A stretch of DNA of 64,000 nucleotides from positions 732-64,731 of the forward strand of contig CAYRPO010000001.1 of the NCBI GenBank assembly GCA_964426305.1, written 5' to 3'. Below are positions 1 through 7,054 of this stretch, in pieces. The translations under genes were made by a program, and so were the position numbers. The notes beneath the pieces are model-generated. The model worked only from the letters and a program-made list of their open reading frames with translations. It was not told the origin of the DNA and did no database searches. Source of the DNA: an uncultured Candidatus Saccharibacteria bacterium (GTDB taxonomy: Bacteria > Patescibacteriota > Saccharimonadia > Saccharimonadales > CAIOMD01). Each line of letters begins with the position of its first letter. Position 1 is the stretch's first letter.

Positions 1-692
1 GAAAGTGCAATAGCACGAGCTAGGTCATAAACATGTATGTAGTCACGAATACACGTTCCGTCGCTAGTGGGATAGTCGTTGCCGTAAATACTGAATGAAT
101 GTCGGTTGCCGCTCACAACTTCGAGTAGCAGAGGGATGATGTGCGTTTCGAGCGGGTGGCGTTCGCCGTGGCCCTTGTACGCACCGGCTACATTGAAGAA
201 ACGCAGACTGGTTGCGTCTAAGCCATGTGCAATGGATTCGCTCGTAAGTGCCATATCGATCGCTAGTTTAGTCATACCATATGTGTTTGTTGGGTTTGTC
301 GGCGATTCCTCTGTGATGGGAACCGACACGGGGTTACCGTAAACAGCCGCAGTGGAAGCAAAAACGAGCTTTTTTATGCCTCGATCGCGAAGGACGTCAA
401 GCATCTGCAGGGTACCTATAGTATTGTTTTGCCAATAAGCCTCTGGTTTCGTCATAGATTCACCTGCGGCAATATACGCCGCAAGATGGACGACCGCGTC
501 AAAACACTCGTTAGGAATAGCGCTGCCAAAATCTGATATGGAGGATTCGATAAACTTGGCACGCGGATCAACTGCGTCCCAATTGCCGTGAGACAAATTA
601 TCTAGCACCGTCACATCATGACCCAGATCGAGCAGTACCTTAACGGTAACGCTCCCTATATATCCTGCTCCGCCTGTTACTATAATCTTCAT
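1..692 (-). CDS. galE: UDP-glucose 4-epimerase (NAD-dependent epimerase/dehydratase). Only the N-terminal ~230 codons are present; the 3' end runs off the window.
   Basis: Hand translation of the minus strand from ATG 692..690 gives classic GalE motifs: MKIIVTGGAGYIGS (GxxGxxG), TYGMTK (YxxxK), LRFFNVAGA and IYGNDYPTSDGTCIRDYIHVYDLA. A GAGGA SD lies ~6 nt upstream. It is absent from the ORF track because there is no stop inside the window. Confidence 0.85.
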   Translation of the reverse strand, partial: MKIIVTGGAGYIGSVTVKVLLDLGHDVTVLDNLSHGNWDAVDPRAKFIESSISDFGSAIPNECFDAVVHLAAYIAAGESMTKPEAYWQNNTIGTLQMLDVLRDRGIKKLVFASTAAVYGNPVSVPITEESPTNPTNTYGMTKLAIDMALTSESIAHGLDATSLRFFNVAGAYKGHGERHPLETHIIPLLLEVVSGNRHSFSIYGNDYPTSDGTCIRDYIHVYDLARAIAL

Positions 693-816
693 CTGTTTTC
701 CTCTGCAGATAACTTACATGAGATTGACGTCGCAAGCAAACCCGAACCAATCGAACGGAAGAGCATGAACCATAATAGACGATCCTAAATTACGGCATGT
801 TCAGTCCAGCATCCCG

Positions 817-1569
817 CTAATCGTCTTTTATACAACTTATTACAAAGTTAAGGCCTAGCGGCGTTAACGATACCTGCTCAATACCCTTATAGATAGTAGA
901 TGCTTCATCGCCAAACATAATGCCTACCTGTTTGATTAAACCTGGCGCTAGGCATTGAGTGCGAAATAGATTGAAAATACTAATGTCATAGTCTTTAGAA
1001 CTAATACCCATTACATGACATATCTGTTGTTTTTCGAATCTTACGCCTAGAACCTTATCATATTCCGCGGAGGATTGATTCTCTAGAGATTTATATACTG
1101 TGTAAAGTATTTTTGCATCTAATGCAGTTAGATTTTTTAGGATTTCTATAAAACTCATCTGCAGTGACAGCTCTGAGTTTGAATCCATCGCGTTGGCCAT
1201 TAGCCTTGCCCAGAGTAACTGTAGATCTTCATCATCCTCTAGGCTTGCATTCTCAAGAATTGGTAGTGCAAATTTTGGCATTACTGCTTTAGTGCTCGTA
1301 ATGTTACGTGCCTTGAGAATGCAGTTCACTTTATCAGTATATGCGACCTGTCGCTCCCATCTAAATAGTCTTAGCCTATCTCCAATAATACCTGATGTGA
1401 TTTCCGCTGGCTCTTTGAGAACCGTAGACACAAAACGTAGAATTTTTTCTGTGGTTTTGACGGTTTGGGTTCCAAATTTAGCAGTTTCCGCCAATGCCAC
1501 TGCAACTTCTTTTATGCCATTTTCGTCAGGATTCATTACATTGATCATAACAAATAAACCACAGACCAC
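817..1569 (-). CDS. Abi_alpha (DUF4393)-like protein, a possible abortive-infection/defence protein. The start is uncertain (GTG 1569, ATG 1548 or ATG 1536).
   Basis: This is a 250-aa ORF. The segment ALPILENASLEDDEDLQLLWARLMANAMD...SFIEILKNLTALDAKIL matches my memory of the DUF4393/Abi_alpha signature (acidic stretch, L..WA.LLA, then F.EIL..L...DA.IL). No search was run. Confidence 0.5.
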   Translation of the reverse strand: MVCGLFVMINVMNPDENGIKEVAVALAETAKFGTQTVKTTEKILRFVSTVLKEPAEITSGIIGDRLRLFRWERQVAYTDKVNCILKARNITSTKAVMPKFALPILENASLEDDEDLQLLWARLMANAMDSNSELSLQMSFIEILKNLTALDAKILYTVYKSLENQSSAEYDKVLGVRFEKQQICHVMGISSKDYDISIFNLFRTQCLAPGLIKQVGIMFGDEASTIYKGIEQVSLTPLGLNFVISCIKDD

Positions 1570-1582
1570 CAGGCTTATCGCT

Positions 1583-1628
1583 TTGCCTCCTCATTATACG
1601 GCCGCACGTCCTGTACAAACGTCTTACG
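1583..1628 (-). promoter_or_regulatory. Copy B of the 46-nt promoter-like module, upstream of the Abi_alpha-like gene
   Basis: Minus-strand sequence: CGTAAGACGTTTGTACAGGACGTGCGGCCGTATAATGAGGAGGCAA. It contains TTTGTA-15 nt-TATAAT and is 35/46 identical to copy A (2149..2194). It overlaps the stop codon of the upstream PNPOx-like gene. Confidence 0.5.
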
Positions 1629-2103
1629 ATTTGATTAAGGAGCTCAGTGGTACTTCAACCCTGTAATCAAGGTAGAGGCCATCCTTCTCTTTTGCATCGT
1701 TAATCCATATTTTAATGGGCTTAATTTTGTATATTCTTCTGGGTGACATAGATATAAATTCCGCTATTTCGCGCTTATGCTGCTTTGCTTTATACAGACA
1801 GCCAATGGCCTTGAGCAATTCGCCTGGGTTTTTAACCTCACTTACCGTCCCGCTGATATACACTCCAACGCCTTCACCTTCAGGAGCCGTAGAATCGTAC
1901 ACCGTAACAAAACACTCGGAGCAATGTTTAACGTTGTCTGCATGCACTGTATTGGTTGGTGAAACAAAGTATAAATTATATGATTCATCCTTTGCGTACC
2001 ATACTGCTGTGTTCCAGGGCATATGGTCTTTTGTTACGGTAGCAATATTCAAATATGCAATATTCCTGAGTACTTCTTCGGCGATTTCTGTGGCGGTTTT
2101 CAT
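1624..2103 (-). CDS. Pyridoxamine 5'-phosphate oxidase-like (split beta-barrel, FMN-binding family) protein. An alternative GTG start lies at 2124.
   Basis: The ORF is 159-166 aa. The size and the pattern (YLNIATVTKDHMPWNTAVWY...LYFVS....H..N......C.VTVYD) resemble PNPOx/general-stress-26-type proteins. Assignment is by eye only. Confidence 0.45.
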   Translation of the reverse strand: MKTATEIAEEVLRNIAYLNIATVTKDHMPWNTAVWYAKDESYNLYFVSPTNTVHADNVKHCSECFVTVYDSTAPEGEGVGVYISGTVSEVKNPGELLKAIGCLYKAKQHKREIAEFISMSPRRIYKIKPIKIWINDAKEKDGLYLDYRVEVPLSSLIKS

Positions 2104-2148
2104 AACTTCTACGAATAGTATCACAACTTGTAGGATTTTTTCTTTCCT

Positions 2149-2194
2149 CTGCCTCCTGAGTATACGGGCGCACGTCCCGCGTCAACGTCGTTCG
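2149..2194 (-). promoter_or_regulatory. Copy A of the 46-nt promoter-like module, upstream of the PNPOx-like gene
   Basis: Minus-strand sequence: CGAACGACGTTGACGCGGGACGTGCGCCCGTATACTCAGGAGGCAG. It contains TTGACG-15 nt-TATACT and shares the core GGACGTGCG(C/G)CCGTATA(C/A)T.AGGAGGCA with copy B. Confidence 0.5.
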
Positions 2195-2305
2195 TCCCTA
2201 GGGCAAGCGCCTGGGGGCGCTCCACATTGACCCGCGCCGATGCTTCTCCCGTGTTTGCTCGCCAGAGCGGCAGAAAGCCCGTTCAGTAAATCACAGGAGG
2301 GTTCT

Positions 2306-2629
2306 ATGAACTCAGATATCAATGTAGAGCATGCAGCAAAAATAGCAGAACTGAACGACACGTACCGTCAGGGGCTTAGCTTCACCATTACACGGGGCGT
2401 ACAGGCGCTCGATGACCTTATCGGACTGATTCAGGCGGTGCGTGATTACAGTGACTTTAACGAAGGCAATGATCCATATGGCGAGCATGACTTTGGTGTG
2501 CTGTACTGGCACAATGATAAGATCTTTTGGAAGATCGATTACTACACGCCTGAGCTTAAGGGGTGGTGTGACCCGCTAAGTCCGGATTGCAACCGAGTGT
2601 TGACTATCATGTTAGCCGAGGAGTACTAA
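2306..2629 (+). CDS. DUF3768-like protein (family typical of plasmids and conjugative elements)
   Basis: An AGGAGG SD at 2295..2300 sits 5 nt before ATG 2306. NDPYGEHDFG....W....IFWKIDYY......S.D......RVLTIMLAEEY matches the remembered DUF3768 signature. Confidence 0.6.
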   Translation: MNSDINVEHAAKIAELNDTYRQGLSFTITRGVQALDDLIGLIQAVRDYSDFNEGNDPYGEHDFGVLYWHNDKIFWKIDYYTPELKGWCDPLSPDCNRVLTIMLAEEY

Positions 2630-2630
2630 G

Positions 2631-2894
2631 ATGAGTACTCCTACCGAAACCTACAACGGGTGGACGAACTACGAAACGTGGATCGTTAACCTGTGGCTTA
2701 CGAATGATCCGTATTCTTACGATAAATTGCAGTACATCATTGGAGCGTTCGAGACTGTAAGTCAACAGGCTTATGAGCTTGAAAATTGCGTTTCAGATGA
2801 CTACGAACGTGGATCTTCGATGTGGAGCGATTTGATAGAGTCTGCGATGCAACGCGTAAATTGGTATGAAATCGTTGAGGCCAACTGCGCATAA
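2631..2894 (+). CDS. Small hypothetical protein (87 aa) translationally coupled to the DUF3768-like gene
   Basis: Its ATG lies 1 nt after the upstream TAA. The Trp-rich N-terminus YNGWTNYETWIVNLWL resembles small phage/plasmid proteins I cannot name. Confidence 0.5.
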   Translation: MSTPTETYNGWTNYETWIVNLWLTNDPYSYDKLQYIIGAFETVSQQAYELENCVSDDYERGSSMWSDLIESAMQRVNWYEIVEANCA

Positions 2895-2965
2895 GCGATG
2901 TCGTCCTGGGTAAGACGCAAAACGACCCACTTATCTACGTAACTGCGGGTGTATTGTGCCAGCGT

Positions 2966-3081
2966 ATGTTTGACAACACTCGCCTGTGGCGAGCGACATC
3001 AAACATTTAGCCAAGGGGTAAGTCGATCATCTGCTTCATACATCCGGCCGAGCAAGCTCTGCCGAACGAATGAAGCTGATG
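2966..3081. other. Two long imperfect-palindrome hairpins in a 365-nt non-coding gap, a candidate oriT/ori or small RNA
   Basis: In the first hairpin, ATGTTTGA (2966..2973) pairs with TCAAACAT (2999..3006), with an inner TCGCC/GGCGA stem. In the second, CATCTGCTTCAT (3028..3039) pairs with ATGAAGCTGATG (3070..3081) at 11/12 positions, with inner CGGC/GCCG and GAGC/GCTC stems. Confidence 0.5.
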
Positions 3082-3259
3082 TATTTCTGATTATATTTCA
3101 TTGGTTGGTGTAGTATCTTTCGCTCATATCGCTGAACGAATAGCGTTATCCCTGCGGGTAAACGCCTATCCGCTCAGCGCTACTCACTTGGATCGGGATG
3201 GCCATTGCCCACGCGACAAGCGCGCAGGCAACCACCATCCCTTAGTGGAGAACAGATGC

Positions 3260-4066
3260 TCACTGAAATACTTTAGTCGTCTTGTCAGAATCGAGCGTAT
3301 TTTTCCATATAACTGTTTTAGGGTTGTGTTTGATGTCATCGATTGACGTAACGTAAATTTCAAGCTCATCATCTATGTCTTCATCCAGAGCGTTTATTGC
3401 CGCTGTAGTGCGATCAATTAGCCGTTTGCGGTCGCACACGAGTAGTAGCGCGGGGAGTGGCGAGTTTGTTACTTCCCATTCTCCTTCATCTGCATATTCC
3501 ATATAGTCTTTTATTCTCCGTATATTTGCATGCATGGGTCTGTTGCTTTCTATGTATATCAGGAAATACTGCTTCACAGTGCTACCAACTTTGTGCTGTA
3601 TGTATAGATCAGGTCTTTTAGTTGGAAAATAATTGTACAGCGCAGTTTCGCTAGCGGTAAAAATATTTACGTTGTCAGCAAGGGCCATATCGAGTTGGTT
3701 GCGTATGTCATATATCGATAGTGACGTCTTTATGAACCTTAGTGAAGGATCTTTCATGCGCTTAATGCTAGCTAATACGGGCTTACTATATTTGTCTGGA
3801 GATTTAGCGGCAATGGCATTAACACCGTCTGATAAAAGATAGTACGAGGCAGGTCTATGAGTTAGCCTGTATGATTGCTCGTGTCTTCTGCCTATGTATC
3901 CGTTTACACTTAGAACTTTGAGTCGTTTGTTTATGGTGTCAATATCTGAGGCATGAAGAGAGATGGCTAGTGTTTGGCTGGTTGCTATGCGATAACAATA
4001 TAGCTCGTGCATTATGGCTAGTTGCTTGTCGTTTAGTTTACGTTTTGCTTGGTCTAGCTCCGCCAT
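3260..4066 (-). CDS. Replication-relaxation (Replic_Relax)-like protein with an N-terminal wHTH. An alternative ATG lies at 4099.
   Basis: The ORF is 268-279 aa. The N-terminal LNDKQLAIMHELYCYRIATSQTLAISL.....INKRLKVLSVNGYIGR fits the wHTH pattern of PF13814-type proteins as I remember it. The first 11 codons from 4099 read like AT-rich promoter sequence. Confidence 0.45.
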   Translation of the reverse strand: MAELDQAKRKLNDKQLAIMHELYCYRIATSQTLAISLHASDIDTINKRLKVLSVNGYIGRRHEQSYRLTHRPASYYLLSDGVNAIAAKSPDKYSKPVLASIKRMKDPSLRFIKTSLSIYDIRNQLDMALADNVNIFTASETALYNYFPTKRPDLYIQHKVGSTVKQYFLIYIESNRPMHANIRRIKDYMEYADEGEWEVTNSPLPALLLVCDRKRLIDRTTAAINALDEDIDDELEIYVTSIDDIKHNPKTVIWKNTLDSDKTTKVFQ

Positions 4067-4130
4067 AGTAGTAATAAGTATAATATAATAAAGTGTCATG
4101 AGACATCAAAATTAACAGATGCAAAACAAC

Positions 4131-4163
4131 AAAAAAACACACTTTCCGGAAAGTGTGTTTTTT
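4131..4163. terminator. Bidirectional intrinsic terminator
   Basis: AAAAAAACACACTTTCC|GGAAAGTGTGTTTTTT forms a perfect 11-bp stem (4137..4147 / 4148..4158). It is flanked by an A-tract and a T-tract, directly after the stop of the 4176..4568 gene. Confidence 0.7.
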
Positions 4164-4175
4164 AAGTTCGTATCG

Positions 4176-4568
4176 TCAATTTGTAGTGCTGGAATCTAGT
4201 GTTTCGAGGAGTTTCCAGAGCCATTCCCCGGGGCCTATTTCTTCAATTAATTTGGTGTTGATTTGGCTCCATTGTTCACGAGTTACAATCGTCTGGTGTT
4301 CACCAGATAGGCTGTCGGAAATGTTAATAACAAGCATTGGATTAATGATATCGTGCCCGTCGTACTTGTCCTGCGACAATGACAAGACATCAAGTAACTC
4401 GTCTAACCACGCCTTGGGCCCCATATCATCCATGAGTGCCGTGTTTGCTGCAACCCAATCCTCGGCCGAGCCAAGGTTTTCGTGCTTCGTGAAGGCGTGA
4501 GGCGCAAAGCTAATTGCGTAATAGGGGTTTGCTGCAAGTGCAGAAAAATCAAGGTCGGACTCATCCAT
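4176..4568 (-). CDS. Hypothetical acidic protein (130 aa from ATG 4568) with an internal tandem duplication
   Basis: The two ~30-aa repeats are EDWVAANTALMDDMGPKAWLDELLDVLSLS and EQWSQINTKLIEEIGPGEWLWKLLETLDSS. TATACT lies 6 nt upstream of ATG 4568, a leaderless-type arrangement. Confidence 0.5.
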   Translation of the reverse strand: MDESDLDFSALAANPYYAISFAPHAFTKHENLGSAEDWVAANTALMDDMGPKAWLDELLDVLSLSQDKYDGHDIINPMLVINISDSLSGEHQTIVTREQWSQINTKLIEEIGPGEWLWKLLETLDSSTTN

Positions 4569-4635
4569 AACAACAGTATAACGTATGCACACCACCGCTC
4601 TGTGGAAAATGCAACTATAATTTCCAAAATACATC

Positions 4636-4665
4636 TTGTAACTATCCGCGCAAGGATAGTATAAT
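4636..4665 (+). promoter_or_regulatory. Promoter with an embedded palindromic operator, upstream of the small ORF and recombinase
   Basis: The promoter is TTGTAA (4636..4641)-18 nt-TATAAT (4660..4665). The spacer holds the perfect inverted repeat ACTATCC (4641..4647)/GGATAGT (4654..4660). Confidence 0.5.
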
Positions 4666-4687
4666 TATTACAGAAAGGGTCATCTCT

Positions 4688-4864
4688 ATGTTAGCAGAGG
4701 GTACGAATCAGAGATTAACCGCAGGGCAAGCCGAAAACCTCAGGGTAATACTTGAGCGCACGCAAAACCGACCCGTTGAGGCGCACGAGGCGCTAGAAGT
4801 TGGGCACGCGCTGCTGGCATTTTACGAAACACTCGCTGACAGTACTACAGGAGTAAACGCTTAA
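4688..4864 (+). CDS. Small ORF (58 aa) coupled to the recombinase, a possible regulator or directionality factor
   Basis: AAAGGG lies 8 nt before ATG 4688. The TAA at 4862..4864 is followed 1 nt later by the recombinase ATG 4866. It is below the 60-aa cut-off of the ORF track and has no recognisable motif. Confidence 0.4.
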   Translation: MLAEGTNQRLTAGQAENLRVILERTQNRPVEAHEALEVGHALLAFYETLADSTTGVNA

Positions 4865-4865
4865 C

Positions 4866-6353
4866 ATGGATCGTTCGAGTGCAGTAATTCTGGCACGTGT
4901 CTCTAGTAAGGCCCAAGAGGACGAGGGATACTCGCTTGATGCACAGCTTAAGCTACTCAAGAACTACTGTGAAAACAAAAACCTGGAAGTGGTGAAGATA
5001 TTCAAGATTGCCGAGACCGCCTCAAAAGATCAGCGCCGAAAAACTTTTCACGAGTTGCTCAAGTATATCTCGAAGAATAAGGTATATCATTTGGCGGTAG
5101 AAAAAACAGATCGCTTGACGCGCAATTTTCGGGATGCGGTGGCTATAGATGAATGGCTTGAGAAAAACGAGGATCGATACTTACATGCCGTCAAAGAGAA
5201 CCTGCTGCTCCATAAAAATGCTCGCTCTGACGTGAAGTTTATGTGGAACATCCATCTTTCTGTGGCCAAGAAGTACAGTGACAATCTGCGCGAAGAAGCA
5301 ATGAAGGGCTGGGCAGAAAAGCTGGCTCAAGGTTGGTTGCCGGCCGTTCCCCCGCCAGGATACATGACAGTTGTCGAGAACGGAAAACGCATTCATGTGC
5401 CAAACCCAGCCACAAAACCCTTGATGCAGGAGGTATTCAAGAAATATCTTGAGCCGAATCATTCGATTGCTTCTATTGTCGAAGAGATGAAACTACTGGG
5501 TATTACAACCAGTAAAGGGCGCCCATACTGCAAAAGTAATGTTCAAAGGATTTTAACCAATCCCTTCTATATCGGCATAAACAGGTTTGATGGTAAGGAT
5601 TATCCAGGGGCGCAACAACCGATCCTAAGCAAGGAGCTATTCGAGAATGTGCAGCGAAAGCTACATGGCGGGCGCCCTCTTGTGATGGTGCGCCACAACA
5701 CGCCACTAAAGGGCATAATTCGCTGCAAAGATTGTTCAACGCTCGTAACTTGGCAATTGCAGAAGGGTCGTTACTATGGCGCATGTCGTCGACGTAGCGC
5801 TGCATGTAGAGACGCTAAGCTGCTCAGGGAGGAAGATGTCGAAACGACTATTATTGCCATGCTTCGTGAGCTTGTATGTCCATCGCCAGAAATAATTGAC
5901 TGGGTAACTGAGACGTTACGGCAAAACCACAGGAACGATATAGAGGAGCGTAAAATGGCAGCGGCTTCTATTCAGGCTCAGATAGATCGCATAAAGCGAA
6001 TGGACGACAGTCTATACGAAGACAAGCTTGCAGGAGACATAACGCCTGCTCAGTACGGCGAAAAACACCAACGATTTACCAACGAACTCGAAGAGCTAAA
6101 TGACAAGCTCACAAAGCACAGCAAAACATTCACGCGTAGGTTAGAACAGAACCTCTACATACTGAAGCTTTCGCAAAAAGCAGCCGATATTTACCGTAAC
6201 AAAACGCCCGATCAAAAACGTTTGATCATTACCTTATTGTTTGGGGAACTAATGCTGGAAGGAGGCGCATTAACAGCAACATACACTACATTAACAGAGG
6301 CGATAGCCGAAAAAGTTTGTAACACCCGTAAAATCATGGAGGCAAGAAAATGA
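4866..6353 (+). CDS. Large serine recombinase (resolvase catalytic domain, recombinase domain, zinc ribbon and coiled coil)
   Basis: The N-terminus AVILARVSSKAQEDEGYSLDAQ and ...VEKTDRLTRN carry the catalytic Ser and the DRLxR motif. A Cys cluster CKDC...17 residues...CRRRSAAC follows, and the C-terminus is coiled-coil-rich. Total length is 495 aa. Confidence 0.9.
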   Translation: MDRSSAVILARVSSKAQEDEGYSLDAQLKLLKNYCENKNLEVVKIFKIAETASKDQRRKTFHELLKYISKNKVYHLAVEKTDRLTRNFRDAVAIDEWLEKNEDRYLHAVKENLLLHKNARSDVKFMWNIHLSVAKKYSDNLREEAMKGWAEKLAQGWLPAVPPPGYMTVVENGKRIHVPNPATKPLMQEVFKKYLEPNHSIASIVEEMKLLGITTSKGRPYCKSNVQRILTNPFYIGINRFDGKDYPGAQQPILSKELFENVQRKLHGGRPLVMVRHNTPLKGIIRCKDCSTLVTWQLQKGRYYGACRRRSAACRDAKLLREEDVETTIIAMLRELVCPSPEIIDWVTETLRQNHRNDIEERKMAAASIQAQIDRIKRMDDSLYEDKLAGDITPAQYGEKHQRFTNELEELNDKLTKHSKTFTRRLEQNLYILKLSQKAADIYRNKTPDQKRLIITLLFGELMLEGGALTATYTTLTEAIAEKVCNTRKIMEARK

Positions 6354-6424
6354 CATTACAAACCAACAAAAATGACCCCGATAACAGAGGTCATAATACG
6401 CTCGAAGACGAGCTGCGTTCTATT

Positions 6425-6499
6425 TGGCTGGGGGTGAGGGATTCGAACCCCCGAATGCCAGGACCAAAACCTGGTGCCTTACCGCTTGGCCAACCCCCA
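6425..6499 (-). tRNA. tRNA-Gln (anticodon TTG) with an encoded CCA
   Basis: Minus strand: TGGGGGTTGGCCAAGCGGTAAGGCACCAGGTTTTGGTCCTGGCATTCGGGGGTTCGAATCCCTCACCCCCAGCCA. It folds by hand into a cloverleaf. The acceptor is TGGGGGT/ACCCCCA, the anticodon stem is CCAGG/CCTGG with loop TTTTGGT, and the T-loop is GGTTCGAATCC. Confidence 0.9.
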
Positions 6500-6523
6500 T
6501 CGGGTTTTTGATTGACGTCGAAC

Positions 6524-6551
6524 ATTGTACCATGTGTCCTTTGTTTTCCAA
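6524..6551 (-). promoter_or_regulatory. Probable sigma70-type promoter of tRNA-Gln
   Basis: On the minus strand, TTGGAA (6551..6546)-16 nt-TACAAT (6529..6524) is preceded by TGg (extended -10). It lies ~25 nt upstream of the mature tRNA 5' end. Confidence 0.45.
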
Positions 6552-6649
6552 AGGCGTCGCGTGGACAGGTCAACGGCTTCAGTGTGTCGTATTCGATCAG
6601 AGCGCGTGTATAGCAAAAGTTAAAACAAAAGCGCATACTGTGGTTACAT

Positions 6650-7003
6650 ATGTTCTTGATGCGCAATATAGACCGTAGGCTATGCACTGTGCTGTGTATG
6701 CTGTTGGTCATATCTAGCGTGGGCATAGTCTCTATGTTGTCGTCAGGTTCTGTTGCGGCTATGGGGAGCGTGTCCGATGCTGTTGCGAATCGGCGCATAC
6801 TAGCATCGGGTGCCAATGACGTGGCCACGGACGTAAAAGAAGATACTTTTACTGACGTTGCGTCGGCGGCTGCTATTGCCGGTGACGAATCACAGTTTTG
6901 GCAACACGTATGGATGATTATTCTAGCAATCACTATATGTGGCATTTTGGTTGTATTGGTGATGCGTTCTGCGCAACATACTAACGACAACGACGTGGAG
7001 TAG
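6650..7003 (+). CDS. Small secreted/membrane-anchored hypothetical protein (117 aa)
   Basis: It has an N-terminal hydrophobic signal-like segment (LCTVLCMLLVISSVGIVSML) and a C-terminal TM (VWMIILAITICGILVVLV). There is no family motif. Confidence 0.4.
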   Translation: MFLMRNIDRRLCTVLCMLLVISSVGIVSMLSSGSVAAMGSVSDAVANRRILASGANDVATDVKEDTFTDVASAAAIAGDESQFWQHVWMIILAITICGILVVLVMRSAQHTNDNDVE

Positions 7004-7054
7004 CTATACCGCTTATGGTATGATATGTGCTAGGGGCTAATAGGATACTCGTTC

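Larger units (their letters stand above)
693..6424. mobile_element. Putative integrative/plasmid-like genomic island (serine recombinase, replication-relaxation-like protein, DUF3768-like pair, Abi_alpha-like and PNPOx-like cargo). Boundaries are approximate.
   Basis: Recombinase and plasmid-type genes cluster between the galE promoter region and the 3' end of tRNA-Gln. The region looks more AT-rich by eye than the flanking housekeeping genes (not computed). No att repeats were identified. Confidence 0.5.

Noticed and set aside
746-816. Attachment-site repeats for the island (left junction 746..816 versus right junction 6354..6424, or a copy of the tRNA-Gln 3' end)
   Set aside because: The only shared string is CATAATA, followed loosely by GACGA. 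A 7-mer match between two 70-nt segments is expected by chance at roughly 1 in 4. No second copy of the tRNA 3' half was seen. Serine-integrase att sites share only a few bases, so the boundaries remain undefined.
1586-1592. The GAGGAGG/CAGGAGG immediately after the -10 of the duplicated modules as the Shine-Dalgarno sequence of the cargo genes
   Set aside because: It is 16 nt or more from the nearest candidate start codon of either gene (GTG 1569; GTG 2124 / ATG 2103). It would also sit at the extreme 5' end of the predicted transcript. It is treated as part of the conserved module rather than a ribosome-binding site.
6391-6990. A 199-aa minus-strand ORF spanning the tRNA-Gln gene
   Set aside because: It overlaps a well-folding tRNA and its promoter and lies antisense to a more plausible signal-peptide ORF. 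It has low-complexity composition and no SD.
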